This document shows positions 40,702-53,659 of a stretch of 64,000 nucleotides of DNA, in pieces. Within the stretch, counting starts at the first letter, position 1; every line of letters starts with the position of its first letter. This stretch comes from Octopus vulgaris (taxonomy: Eukaryota). The DNA lies in the NCBI GenBank assembly GCA_951406725.2, contig OX597819.1:78740001-78804000 (forward strand), read 5' to 3'. The translations under genes were made by a program, and so were the position numbers. The notes under the pieces were generated by a model, which was not told the origin of the DNA, did no database searches, and was given only the letters and a program-made list of their open reading frames with translations.

Positions 40702-40949
40702 TCGGTGGCACGTAAAAAGCACCATCCGACCGTGGCCGTTTGCCAGCCTCGCCTGGCACCTGTGCAGGTGGCACGTAAAAAGCACCCACTACACTCACGG
40801 AGTGGTTGGCGTTAGGAAGGGCATCCAGCCGTAGAAACACTGCCAGATCAGACTGGGCCTGGCGCAGCCTTCTGGCTTCCCAGACCCCAGTTGAACTGTC
40901 CAACCCATGCTAACATGGAAAACGGACGTTAAACGATGATGATGATGAT
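40702..40949 (+). mobile_element. Young SINE family B
   Basis: Two GGTGGCACGTAAAAAGCACC motifs, RTE-like middle, (GAT)n tail. Confidence 0.9.
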
Positions 40950-41376
40950 GTACAGATGTGAAGCTGTGGTTTAGTTGCTAGGGTATTCTCCTTACAATCA
41001 TAAGATCGTGAGCTCAATTCTCAATACTACGTTGTGTTCTTGAACAAGACACTTTATTTCAAATACCACCTGTCCACTCAACTGGCAAGAATGAGTAGTA
41101 CTTGTATTTCAAAGGACCGGCCTTATCACATTCATACATGTCATACTGCGTCTCCTTGGCAACTACATTAAAGGTATGCATGTCTTTGGAGTGCTTGGCC
41201 GCTTGCATGTTTATTTAACAAGCAGGCTGTTCTGTTGATTGAGTCAATTGGAACCCTCATTGTTGTAATTAACGAAATGCCATTTACACATGTGCATATT
41301 TGTGTCTCCTTATCTTGATCTCACTTGATACTTGTAAATGAATATCACTGTTGTACAAGAGGTGTAGTTCTCTCTC

Positions 41377-41583
41377 TCTTTACTCTTTTACTTGTTTCAG
41401 TCATTCGATTGCGGCCATGCTGGAGCACCACCTTTAGTCGAGCAAATTGACCCCGGGACTTATTCTTTGTAAGCCCAGTACTTATTCTATCGGTCTCTTT
41501 TGCCGAACCGCTAAGTGACGGGGACGTAAACACACCAGCATCGGTTGTCAAGCAATGTTAGGGGGACAAACAGAGACACACAA

Positions 41584-41616
<33 letters not shown>

Positions 41617-41784
41617 CACATATATACGACAGGCTTCTTTCAGTTTCCGTCTACCAGATCCACTCACAAGGCATTGGTCAGCCCGGGGCTATAGCAGAAG
41701 ACACTTGCCCAAGATGCTACGCAGTAGGACTGAACCCCGGAACCATGTGGTTGGTTAGCAAGCTACTTACCACACAGCCACTCC
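41377..41784 (-). mobile_element. Young SINE family A nested in a tail-2 SINE (41290-41376 and 41785-41935)
   Basis: Full head-to-tail match with 35033-35440. Confidence 0.9.
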
Positions 41785-42640
41785 CATGAAAGCATGTCTG
41801 GTCATAGTGAAATATTAACTTACTTGGAAAACTCATGTGGGTTGGCAACAAGGAGGGGCATTCAGCTGTAGAAAATATGCTTCAACAAATTCTGTCTCAC
41901 CCATGCAAGCATGAAAAAAGTGGACGTTACAGTGGTAATGGTGGAAGTGGTGGCACTGGCATTCGTTATTGAACAGTTGCATGCATTACTTCTTTTAGCA
42001 ACACTGTGGTCCAGTTGCTTCTGTTGCATCTCCTTAAAATGATTCTGCGAACTAGTTCTGCCTCTTAATTCTCGACCAGTTGTATTCATTACTCCTGTAT
42101 AACAAACAATACAAGCCAAGTTATATTGTTTCAATCTCTATCCGAAATTTCTTTATATTTCAATTGTTTTCTCTGACTCTTTGATTAATGTTCCTGCTTA
42201 TGATACATGACATATCATCAATCATGGAGCATGTTTTGTATTGATGGTCTTGTGTGACTGTCAGGTCTGCTGGAAATTACTCCTTGACAGTGTGCAGTGC
42301 CCACGTTGTACAGTGTTGTCACCTCATATTGCTATTGTCAAGCTGTTGTTGTTATCATCATCATCATCATCATCATCATTCTTCTTCTTATTATTGTTGT
42401 TGGAATGTAGTGGCAGAATTGTTAGAGAGCATAAAGTCAAACGCCTTGCAGTATTTGTTCTACTGCTTTACATTCTGAGTTCAAATTCCGCTGAAATAAA
42501 CTTTGCTTTTGGGGGTTGATTGCATTAAGTACTGCGGTACTTAACAGTCAAGTACTAGGGTCGATATCATCAACTCCCTTTCCCTAAAACTGCTATCCTT
42601 GTGCCAAAATTTAAAAACCTTCATTATTATTATTATTATT

Positions 42641-43015
42641 CTTTTTATCTCAGGTTTTGTTGTAACTTTTTTAGTCTTACATATGTAGCAGGCTTCCTGC
42701 CTGCAGCCTACAGTACCATATTATCTGTTCTTTTAACTATCTAATACTTTTCTGATTATTCTGGTTGTGCTAAGAAGGCAGACCTTTTGCTATAGTTCTA
42801 CCGGGCACGCTATTCCAATTTCCTTTATATTCCTCTTGATGACTTCTGATATTCCAATTTCCTTTATATTCCTCTTGATGCCTTCTACTAGAGCCTCAAG
42901 GCCACAATAGTAATTGGTACTATCTTCACCTTCTTCATTTTCCATGCTGAGCTGTTTTGTACTTAAGAGGTTTGTATATATCTATTTTTTCACCTTTCTT
43001 CTTTACTATTTGTTA
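42641..43015 (-). pseudogene. 3' end of an R4/Dong-like RLE non-LTR retrotransposon abutting (TAA)n
   Basis: EKIDIYKPLKY...WKMKKVKIVPITIVALEA...KEIGI...QKVCLLSTTRIIRKVLDS*, then UTR and (TAA)n; internal ~31-bp duplication at 42811/42850. Confidence 0.8.
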
Positions 43016-43035
43016 AAGGAGTACACAACAACTAT

Positions 43036-43551
43036 ATCATTGAGTGAGAGAGCAGTGCATGCCATCAAAGTGACACTGGAGTAAAAATATATGAAGCCCA
43101 ATATACCCATCATGACTACCTGTCTGATAAGGGTACACCAGGCACAACCATATGTGTGCATCACAACCATATGTGTGCGACATGGTGATCTCATATTAAG
43201 ATAAACAGCACATGATCTTGTAGGTGGGGCCCAGTTAGAATTTTCTTCTGGTCGAGTAGCCCATCCTGCTCAAAAGGTACCTGAATAAGAGTGTTTATGG
43301 ATGTTGAATGAAACATCCACGTTTCCAGGGGTGAATTATTCAAACCCCACAGAATTCCTTTCAACACATGGCTATGATGCTCCTCCACTACTTTTGCTCA
43401 TTATCAGAGATTCATATATTTTCAGCCACCAAGGGACATGCTCAATTGCTTAAGGTCAAGCAACTGATAAGCAAATCTGTGGTATTGAGCAGAATGTTTG
43501 TTGTAACCTATCATTTATAGCAAGACAAAACATGTACATGCTAACACTTCC
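43036..43551 (-). mobile_element. Repeat family C, longest copy
   Basis: Reverse-colinear with 181-630. Confidence 0.85.
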
Positions 43552-43747
43552 TATTATTGTTATTATTGGGTGGTAGTGGCTGAATTGTTAGAGCATAGGC
43601 CCCAACTGCTTTGCAGTATTTGTTCTAGTACTTTACATTCTGAGTTCAAATCATGCTGAAGTCAACTTTGCCTTTGGCAGAATTGATTATGTTTAATTTC
43701 AAAAAAGAGGGAAAATAAAAAATAAAATGCTCAGGACTTGAAATTAG

Positions 43748-44590
43748 TGTAGGTGTGGCTGTGTGGGAAGAAACTTGCCTCCCAAACTACATGTTTCTGG
43801 GTTCAGTTTCACCGTGTGACACCTTGGGCAAGTGTCTTCTACTAGAGCCTTGAGCCAACTAAAGCCTTGTGCATGGACTTTGGCAGACAGAAAATGAAAG
43901 AAGCCCATCATGCGTGTGTGTTTGTGTATGTGTCTTTGTATCTTCTTATCTCACCAGTATTTGACTACAGGTGTTGGTGTGTTTACATCCCTATAACTTA
44001 GTAGTTCAGCAAAAGAGACTGCTAGAATAATTACTAGGCTTTGGAAAAATAAAAAAAAAGTCCTTGAGTTGATTTGTTTGACTAAAACCCTTCAAGGTAG
44101 TGCCCCAGCATGGCCACAGTTAAATGACTGAAACATGTAAAAGATGGAAGATATATGACTGTATGGTTAAAAGAGGCTTCCCAACTATGTTGTTTGGGCA
44201 CTGCATGGCACATTGGGCAAATGTCTTTTACTCTAGCGTAGCCTCAGGCTGAACGAAGTTTTCTGACTGGATTTGGTGGGTGGAAACTGAAAGAAGCCCT
44301 CCATATAATTGTATGCAAGTGTGTGTGTCTACTCTTGAAGTGACAGTTCAGTGACAATTGTAAATGTGCATTGCCATCATACATACAAATGATGTTGTTT
44401 GTTTCCAGTCTTCTGTGGGAAAACATCTTTGATGATGGGAAATGTTAAGCTTACCTGGAAACAGGTGACGGTTGGCATCAGGTGGGGCATCAGGCTGTAG
44501 AAAATCTGTCTCAACAAATTCCTGCCTGGTCCATGCAAGCATGGAAAAAGTGGACATTAAACAACGACGACGATGATGATAATGATGATT
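43748..44590 (+). mobile_element. SINE A with tail 1 (43748-44150) followed by SINE A head with tail 2 (44155-44590)
   Basis: Two heads with GGAAA(C)TGAAAGAAGCCC; the first ends GACTGAAACATGTAAAAGA, the second GGACATTAAACAACGACGACGATGAT. Confidence 0.75.
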
Positions 44591-45787
44591 TTGTTGGCAG
44601 TTGACCACATTTGCCTCTCACGCACCCACCCACCCCGCCTCCACCACCATCTCTGCCACTGCTGCGCGCGACAACAAATGAGGCAAAAACCTAATCAGTT
44701 TAGCCTATTTGAATGTAACCAGATAACCAATTAGCCAACTCTATTGTGATATCTCTGTTGTTCAAATAAGAACGAGTAAAGCAAAACAAAAAAAAAATAA
44801 ACAAAAAAATAAACAAATAAATGGAAAACAAAACAAAACAAAAAAAAAAAAAAAAACTCCCGACAAACTAAGATCAGAAAAAGATAAAAGAAAAAAAATG
44901 AAACAAAAAGACAACCATAACAGCCAACAACAAAAAAACAGCGAAATAAATAAATAAATAAATAACAGAAATAACCCTCCTCTATAAATCCACATAACTA
45001 AGCAGTAGTCCATGTCTCGAAGTGTTTCTAGTTAAGTGGTTATCCAATAAAATAAATTTTTACCAGCAGCATAAATATGTCACACTCTTCTGTTTTGCTT
45101 GATGGTTCACTCCAATGGCATTTTCTCTCTTTCTGCCTCCTCTCTCTCTCTTTCTCTCTCCATCCTGCACCAGATACACACACATTCTCTACTATGTCTA
45201 TACGCTCTTTGCATTCATGTTTTTTTTCTTCTTCTTCTTCTTGCTTTCTCTCTATGACTGACATTTAGTCTGATAGGTTAGAGGTTCAACTATTCTTATA
45301 ACTGGAAATTTATTTTAAAAAAATAATAAATTACTAAAATAAATAAAATAAAATACTTAAATAAACAGTAAAACGAAACAAAAAACATGGTTGAAGATTT
45401 GTGTAAAAAAAAAAAAAAAAAAAATTTCAAAAAGTAAGATGGTTGTTATAAGAAATCTTCATCAAATTTTTAATTTTCTTTGAAATTCATTTTGTGCTTT
45501 GCCTTTTTTTTTTTTTTTTCTTTTTCATGCTCTTCATAGGCATGTATTTAAGAATTTTTAAATATATCTGTTGGGTAGCATTCATTTACATCCTCATTAT
45601 ATCTCTATAGTAACATGCTTTTGTGGCAGTGAAACAGCTAAGGGGATAAGTTAAAAGGACTGCTGGCTAGTCGGCTTATTGGTGGTGAGTTCAAACACAC
45701 TATAAGTATTTTTAACCCTTTTGTTGCTTAGTGACAGTTTTTTTTTCTGTCTTTATGTTTTAAGTTCAAATGCACCAAGTTTGAATT

Positions 45788-46136
45788 TGCCTTTCATCAT
45801 TTCAAGGTCATTGAAATGTGTACCAGTTGAGCACTGGGGTTGATGTAATTGATTGACCCTTCCCCATAAGATTTCAGGCCCTATGTCTATATCAATTATC
45901 TCTACTATATCAGTAGAAAAGGATTATTAAGTTGGTGTTTGGAATATAAATTAAGATGAAAATTTTGGGGTCTGCCTTTCATTGTATCAGGGTTGTTGAA
46001 ATGAGTACCAGTCAAGCACTGGGGTTGAGGTAATTGACAGCCCCTTCCCCATAAGATTTCAGGCCCTGTGTCCATATTGGTAGAAAGGATTATTAAGTTA
46101 GTATTTAGAATATAAATTAAGATGAAATTTCAGGGG
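45788..46136 (+). repeat. Tandem duplication (~180-bp unit) of SINE D 3' part plus flank
   Basis: TTCCCCATAAGATTTCAGGCCCT and AATATAAATTAAGATGAAA each occur twice. Confidence 0.8.
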
Positions 46137-46265
46137 TCGTGGATCATTTGGTACCAGACCACACAGAAATAATAATTTTTTTGATTATATTTCTATTTTA
46201 TTGACTATCGCAGTCTGTGAGGTGTTCTATGACTTTTTAAACATGAGATGGATTCTTCATTTTAT

Positions 46266-46641
46266 TTTATTACCTCTGCCTTAGTGAAGGTGGAGTTATT
46301 GTTTTCAGTCATGTTTGTTTGTTTGTCCATGGACAAGATATCTCAAGAACCGCAGGATGGATTGGGATGAAACTTTCAAGGATGTTTGGCCTCATGACTG
46401 GCATGAACTGATTAGATTTTGGGATTGATCCGGTACTGAACAAAGATTCTGGATTATTTTTCCTACCCTTTTTTTTACTTAATTCTTGAGAGCAGTCAGG
46501 TTCACTTTTAGTATTCTCTTTTGTGAGAGCAGTCAAATTTATTTCAGATATTCTCATTTAAAAAAAATCATCTTTGGCTAATCATTGAGATGATGTTGGT
46601 GTTGCTTCCACAGAGGTTTGCACTCTCTGAGTGCTCTTGTT
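46266..46641 (+). mobile_element. Helentron-associated non-autonomous element (HINE/DINE-1-like)
   Basis: TTATTACCTCTGCC start, (GTTT)n, GATGAAACTTTCA, subterminal CAGAGGT, 3' hairpin GCACTC-TCT-GAGTGC, T-rich flanks. Confidence 0.7.
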
Positions 46642-48925
46642 TTTATATATGTAGTAATCAAATTATATATTATGCACTTTATTGGGTTCTGTTATGTGTA
46701 TGACACCCCAGTCAGTGGGAAAATTCTCTTGTATGAAATCAGTATGTGATGTGAAAGGCTGAAGAAATCTGATTTAAATTACTTCAAAATATGAAGTGAT
46801 GGAAAGTGTTCATTAAATGAACATATATATATATATATATATATAGTAGTAATAATAATAATTCCATGGATGGAATTTATAAATATTTCAATGCCTTGCT
46901 ATGCACACTTCCACAAATTTTATGTTTCTTATGAAAATAGGCCATATTCCCAAGATTCATGTGTTCATTTCTCTAGGCAAAATAACTGCTATTGCCTGTT
47001 GGTATCATTAGGCTGTAGCCGGCATAATAAAATAACAGCGTTTATATGCATATTCAGAAACATTTCCCGTAAACAAACTTAAAGGATATATATATATTCT
47101 TTTATTTGTTTCAGTCATTTGACTGCAGCCATGCTGGAGCATCACCTCTAGTTGAACAAATTGATCCCAGCACTTATTCTATTGGGTTCCTTTTGCTGAA
47201 CTGCTACGTTATGGGGATGTGGCCCAACATGGGTTCTCAAGTGATGGTGGTGGTGGGGACAAACACAGATACCACACATGCACACACACTCACACACACA
47301 CATACATATGATGGGCTTCTTTCAGTTTCAGTCTACCAAATCCACTCACAAGGTTTGGGTTGGTCTGAGGCTATAGTAGAAGACACTTGCCTAAGGTGTC
47401 ACACAGTGGGACTAGACCCGGAACCATGTGGTTGGTAAGCAAGCTACTTTATTTCAATAAATCTAGATTGGAGCCTGGTGCAGCCATCTGGTTCGCCAGC
47501 CCTCAGTCAAAATCGTCCAACCCATGCTAGCATGGAAAGCGGACGTTAAACGATGATGATGATGATATATATATAGTGAAGGCATATTACCTAATGCTTA
47601 GGGTATTGAACTCCCAATCACAAGATGATGGTTTTGATTTCCAGACTTGTGCATTGTGTTCTTTAGCAAAACACCTTATTTTGTGTTGCTCCAGTTGACT
47701 CATGTGTAAATGAATAACCTTGTGACAGATTTATGTATAAGGGTAAGATAGTGATTAAGAAAATTCATCCAAACATAGGTTTCATGGGTCACGCTTTCAT
47801 TGAGTGAAAAGATGAATAGTGCAGCCTGTGCTGTGAATCCTGACTGTGTGGAATTGGTTGCTCAACTTTGTCAAAGGATGATGGTGATGATGTTTCATCT
47901 CCAGTGTATACCCTGCTTAGCTGAGGAGTCTTGTCTTGTGGGTACTTGGTGACCTCACTGGTGCTGGTGCCATGTAAATAGCACCCAGTATACCCTGTTC
48001 AGTGTTTGGCATTAGGAAGGGCATTGACTGTAGAAACCATGCTTGTCTGTTCTTGGCAAACCATCCAACCCATGCCAGCATGGATAAAGGAGCATCAAAT
48101 GACGATGATGACGTTGATACACACACACACATACACATACACAGAGGTCACTTCAATCAGGGCCAATCACTAGTTAAAGAACTACAACACCACCACCAGC
48201 AGCAAAACTGAGTCTATGTGTCTGTGTCTCCTCACATGTGCCAGTGTATAATCCCTGTGAAATGTTGTTGACAAGACGTCAACACTAATGAAGCACCAGC
48301 AATGCTAAGTAAAAGTGAACTACAACAACAAGCAAACATTAAATAACCAAAGTAAAAAAAAAACAAAACAAACAATCCAAACAAAAACAAAACAGGTCAT
48401 GTGGATAGCTCAAATAACAAAATACAAATGAAAGCTATTCTGTGTGGAAAGATACACACGCGCACACACATACACATGGACACATGTTCGTGTACAACGT
48501 CTCCTCCTCATCCTTCGTTTTGGCTGAAGGGCAATGAATGAAAATCAAAATTGAAAATAATACATGCACAAATCTTTAAAGCTTAAGAAAAAAATTATTA
48601 AAATTTAATAAAGTTCCAGCTATTCACTCCCCTGCCAAAACAAAACCCCCACTAATATGAAGTGGAAGAGAGTGGGGGAAAAACAGAGACCCCCCTCACT
48701 AATCCTTGCTAAAAAGGTAGTGTGGGTAAGTTGGGTAGTTGTTGCACTGGTGTAATTGATCCTTTACTAAATGCAATTGTAAAGGGCTTTAGGGTTCTAA
48801 TTAAACTGATTTGTCAGCAAATAAGTAATCAAGATAATTGGGACAAAATCTAAAGGGCTTTGTGTGTAATGTGTGTGTGTTTTTAAATGTATGGATGGAC
48901 GGATAGATAGATAGATAGAAAGACA

Positions 48926-49045
48926 TGAAGAGGTAGCGAAAAGTTCCTGGCTTTAAGGGTATCACAAAAGTCCTGGTTGGCGGCTCAACCTTCTGAGTTC
49001 ATTCTCATGGCTAAGAAAAACTGAAGGACTACTGTAGTAAATGTG
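48926..49045 (+). mobile_element. Mariner-type MITE fragment
   Basis: GAAGAGGTAGCGAAAAGTTCCTGGCTTT resembles mariner TIRs; the other end is not seen. Confidence 0.4.
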
Positions 49046-49059
49046 TAATGATGTAAATA

Positions 49060-49270
49060 TACCAACACCAGTTGTCACGCAGTGGTAGGACATACACATA
49101 CACAAACATGACAAACGTCTTTCTGTTTCTGTCTACCAAATCTACTCCACAAGGCTGTGATTGCCCTGAAGCTCCAGTAGAAGACACTTGCTAAAAGTGC
49201 CTTTCGGTGGGAATGAACCCAGAACCATGTAGTTGGGAAGCAAGCTTCTTACTACACAGCCATATATATG

Positions 49271-49313
<43 letters not shown>

Positions 49314-49516
49314 TTTTACTTGTTTCAGTTGTTTGTCTGTGGCCATGCTGGAGCACAGCCTTTAGTCGAAGAAATGATCTCCAGGACTTATTCTTTGTAA
49401 GCCTTGTACTTATTCTAACGGTCTCTTTTGCCGAATTGCTAAGTTTCAGGGACATAAACACACCAACATTGGTTATCAAGTGATGGCAGGGGGGACAAAC
49501 ACAGACACGCACACAC

Positions 49517-49553
<37 letters not shown>

Positions 49554-49695
49554 GATTCTTTCAGTTTCCATCTATCAAATCCATTCACAAAGATTTGATC
49601 AGCCTGAGACTATAGTAGAAGACATGTGCCCGAGGTGCATTGTAGTGGTACTGAACCTGGAACCATGTGGTTGGTAAGCAAACTGCTTGCCACAC
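49060..49695 (-). mobile_element. Two SINE family A copies; another at 47097-47450
   Basis: Reverse head and tail motifs. Confidence 0.75.
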
Positions 49696-50144
49696 ACACA
49701 CACGCAATTTTCTTGTGCATTGGAGGCCCTGTTTTGCTATTTCAAGTTTTGTTTCTGTCTACAGTTACTTCAAAGTTTCAGCCTGCTTTGCCTTCATTAG
49801 GCCAAAACTTCAGTCACTGTCAACACCATTCTTCTTAAAGGATAATAAATTTTGCTTTTCAAGAAGTATTGAGTAATCTTTCAATTCAGTGTAAAATTGA
49901 TTGTATTATAGCTCAGCGTAAAAATAAACAATACATGTATTTATCTTCCGTGTGTGTGTGTGTGTTTGTGTGTGCGCATATATATATATGTGTGTTTGTG
50001 TGTGTGTGTGTGTGTAAAGAGTCAGAGAGAGAAAGTCAGACAGACACACAGATTGTGTGTGTATATTTGTGTGATTATATAAATGTGTTTGTAAAGGATT
50101 GGTGATCTAGAGAAGGTGAGAAATAATAGTTAAGCCTTGTGTGC

Positions 50145-50177
<33 letters not shown>

Positions 50178-51429
50178 TCATTGTTTGTGAGTGAATGAGT
50201 GAGTGAGAAATTTTTAGAAGCTGAGTTGGGGAAGGAGAAGAGTGCTGTAGAAATCCTGTTCTGTTTAAACACTGTCAACAATGACTGATAGAAAATGTGT
50301 CGGTGGATTGTTTGACAAACAAGATTCATGAATTTAGAGTTCATAGTTGATTGGTCCGAAAGCAACAGCCATATAATTAATCAGTAGAGTGTGTGTGTGT
50401 ATGTGTGCATGTGTGTGTATGTTTGTATATGCATGTGTTTCTGTGTGTAGCAGCAAGTTGTGTCTGTGATGGCACCAATGATGGTGATAGTGAAACAAAC
50501 CTGACCCTGACTGAGAGTGAAAGAATGAGATGGTGTTACTATTAGGCTGTGTGTGTGTGTGTGTGTGTGCTTGCTTGCTTACACAATCACTGATATTCAC
50601 AGGAATTGATTTGTGTGTGTGTGTGGTTTTGGTTCCTCTTGTATTTCGTTTTTAATGAATAGTAAGGCAGGGGTGGCTTGGGGAGTGTGGTGGTGGTGAT
50701 GAAAAAAAATTTTTTTTAATTTTTCATTTCTCTGATATTTGTTCTTTCTACTCTAATTAATTATATGCCATTTAAAGAAAGAAAATGAAAAAAAATCAAA
50801 TAAACACAAGAAAACAAAACGACCCCCCCCCCAAAAAAAAACCAACTGTATATTTAAGTGGAAGAAGATGAGGTGGCTGGGAATGGTAACATGGGCATTT
50901 GTCCAATTGTTGTGCAAAAGCTGATCATGACGGAATGGAAGGTGATGTGTCTTACTTTGGGATTATTATTATTGTTATTGGTATTATTATTATCATTATT
51001 AACATTATTATTATTATTATTATGATCATGGTGATTATTATTATTATTATTGTTGTTGTTACTACTACTACTTTGTGGCACCCTGGCGGAGTATAAAAGC
51101 ATCTAGTCTAGAAGTATTTTGCTGGTGATATGATTTCTTTAGGCAAGAGGCAATCTTCATTTTACTATTTTTCAAAAAAAAAAAAAAAGGGAAAGGTTGG
51201 CAGTGGGGAGTATAAGTCAGTAAATCCCCTTGAGGGGACAGGGATATCCATATTTTGTCTTTCTCTCCCTGCCCCGAACTCACACACACACGCACACTTT
51301 TTTTTTTCCTTGTCATTCATGTACTTAATTTGTTGACTTTAATCAAATGAATTGCTAAATTTAGCTTTGAAAGTGGATTTGAATGTTAAAATCCTGAGGT
51401 ACAAAGATTCTGTCTGATAAATTAGTGAT

Positions 51430-51830
51430 AGGCGTGACTGTGTGGTAAGAAGCTTGCTTCCTAACCACATTGTTCGAGGTTCAGTCTCACTGTGTGGTAC
51501 CCTGGGCAAATGGCTTCCCCTATAGTCTTGGGCCAACCGAAGCCTCGTGAGTGGATTTGGTAGACGTAAACTGAAAGAAGCCCGTCGTATATGTGTGTTT
51601 GTGTGTGTCTTTGTGTCTGTGCTTGTCTCCCCACCCACCTGCTTGACAACTGGTGCTGGTGTGTTTATGGTCCCTGTAACTTAGCGGTCTGGCAAAAGAC
51701 ACCGATAGAATATGTACCAGGCTTTAAAAAAAATAAATACTGGGCTGAATACATTCAACTAAAAGTTCTTTGAGGTGTTGCCCCAGCTTGGTTACAGTCT
51801 AATGACTGAAACAAGTAGAAGATAAAAGAT
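51430..51830 (+). mobile_element. SINE family A, full length; others at 55930-56340, 57970-58350, 62965-63310, 63721-64000
   Basis: Head TGTGGTAAGAAGCTTGCTTCC, CORE-like CCTGGGCAAAT, tail GACTGAAACAAGTAGAAGATAAAAGA. Confidence 0.85.
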
Positions 51831-52853
51831 ATGGTAATGATGTTAGCTAAGGCAAGAGAGAACTTTAAATTACACCATAGTTAAACTTCAGTGTTCTTCC
51901 TTTTGGAAATCACTCCACTAGTTTCTTAGTTGAAAGAGCTGCAGAGTTAACATTGCCATTCTCTCTTTTGGGACCATTTCATTTTGTATTACATTTTGAG
52001 TTAAGTAAGTTATTCTTCCTTGTTAAGTCACTTTAACTAGTTTCTTTGTTGAAATTATATCAGAGCTAACATTACCATTCACGCTTTCATTTTTTTTATT
52101 TTTGTTCTGTTATTTGGTTTGCTTCTCTAATTTGGCAGTTTAAATTCCATCTGAGCTAATACTGTTTATCTTTCTTTTGGGGATTGCTTAAATTAATAAT
52201 AGTATTAGTATTAGTTGTTGCTTTCGTTGTTGTTGTCACCACTAATAATGTTGTCTAATAGCTTCAGACATTGCCACATATACTGACATATTAGTATGGA
52301 GATAACAAATCAAATATTTATGACCATGGGCCATGCACCATGGGTATGCCAAACTTGTGTCTAATCTTGAACTAGTCATGGGCAAACTGTGTTCTCTGAG
52401 ACTTTCTGAATGGACACAGGTGAAAGAAAAAATTACCTTTTTCAGTTGTCCACTCTGTAACATGGTTGGCATTGTGATGGGCATCCAGCTGTAAAAAGCA
52501 TTCCAAATGAGACTGTGGAACATGATGCATTCCTCTGGCTTGTTAGCTCCTGTGAAACTATCCAGCCAATGCCAGCAAAGAAAATAAATGTTAAATGATG
52601 ATGTGGCCTGCCTGGTGATGACCAGTGTCTCATGCAACCTACTTATCGAAAAAGGTTGCCTCTGCCAATTTTAAACTATATTCTGTTTGCACTCTGCCAG
52701 GCACTGTTTCACTAAACATATCTGTACAAGTTGTATCTCTTTGGTTTAATATCTTAACTTTTGCATTGATTAGTAGTAAGTACTAGTAGTATGTAGCAGT
52801 TCATTCATTCAACATATCAATACCTTCCAAAAAATTAGCAATAAGTGTCTTGT

Positions 52854-53083
52854 TTAACCCTTTTGTTACTGTATTTATTTTGAGACGCTCTGTGTTTCTT
52901 TCAATTACTTTAAATATAACAAAGAATTTAGTAAAATAACTTAGTGATCATTCAGCTAGTGTTAGGAACATAAATTGTAACTAAGGTTTGGTGGAAGATT
53001 TTAATTCAAAACTTATGAAAACAAGACATTTGTACTCAGAGCCAGGTTGGTACTCAGAGCCGGATTGGTAATGAGAGGGTTGA
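52854..53083. mobile_element. Second piggyBac-type MITE family
   Basis: TTAACCCTTTTGTTAC...GTAATGAGAGGGTTGA imperfect TIRs; a related decayed body follows at ~53150-53365. Confidence 0.6.
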
Positions 53084-53659
53084 GCCTTTCTTGGTTAAGT
53101 GTCTTGTTTAAGCCTTTAAGTCTTGTTTAAGCAATAAGTGCCTTCTTTAAACCTTAAAATACACTGCTTTTGTTTCAGTTAATTTTGAAAGCAGTGAAAA
53201 ATCTAAGCAAAATTACTTTCGTCCTTATTAAGCTGGTGCTTAATACATAAATAATCATGACATTTTGATGGAGCAATTCAATTTAGATCTCTTTAAAACA
53301 GGAAGTTTATATGATAGACATATCAACAGAAGCAGTTCTGGGCAAGATGGCATTAAAAGAGTTTAAAGACACGACTATTCAAATGTCACCTTCCTTTTAC
53401 TTTGAATCCATATAGTCGCAAGGCCGAAAATTTCCAGTACTAGAGGTAATTAGGCAGCAGCCAATTCTGGTTTCTTTACATTTGAGATGACTCAACAAGA
53501 AGGCCATCTGTTGAGAAAAGCCTTCTCATTTCTACACTTCTTACACTCATCAAACTCATCCAAAGCTTTCATTGTTCCACACTGTGTGCAACTACTACAT
53601 TCACATAGCTCTGAAGTATAGACTACATTGATAATCCTCCACAACCCATGAAAATAACT

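Noticed and set aside
40730-40790. HDV-like ribozyme in the family B module (CCAGCCTCGCCTGG resembles HDV P3/L3)
   Set aside because: The loop is too short, with no CC/GG P1.1 and no C-R-A joining strand; simple hairpins explain the pattern.
51880-52190. Second spaced-motif array (GAGCTAACATT.CC.TTC)
   Set aside because: Units look like heavily decayed SINE D cores rather than a new motif.
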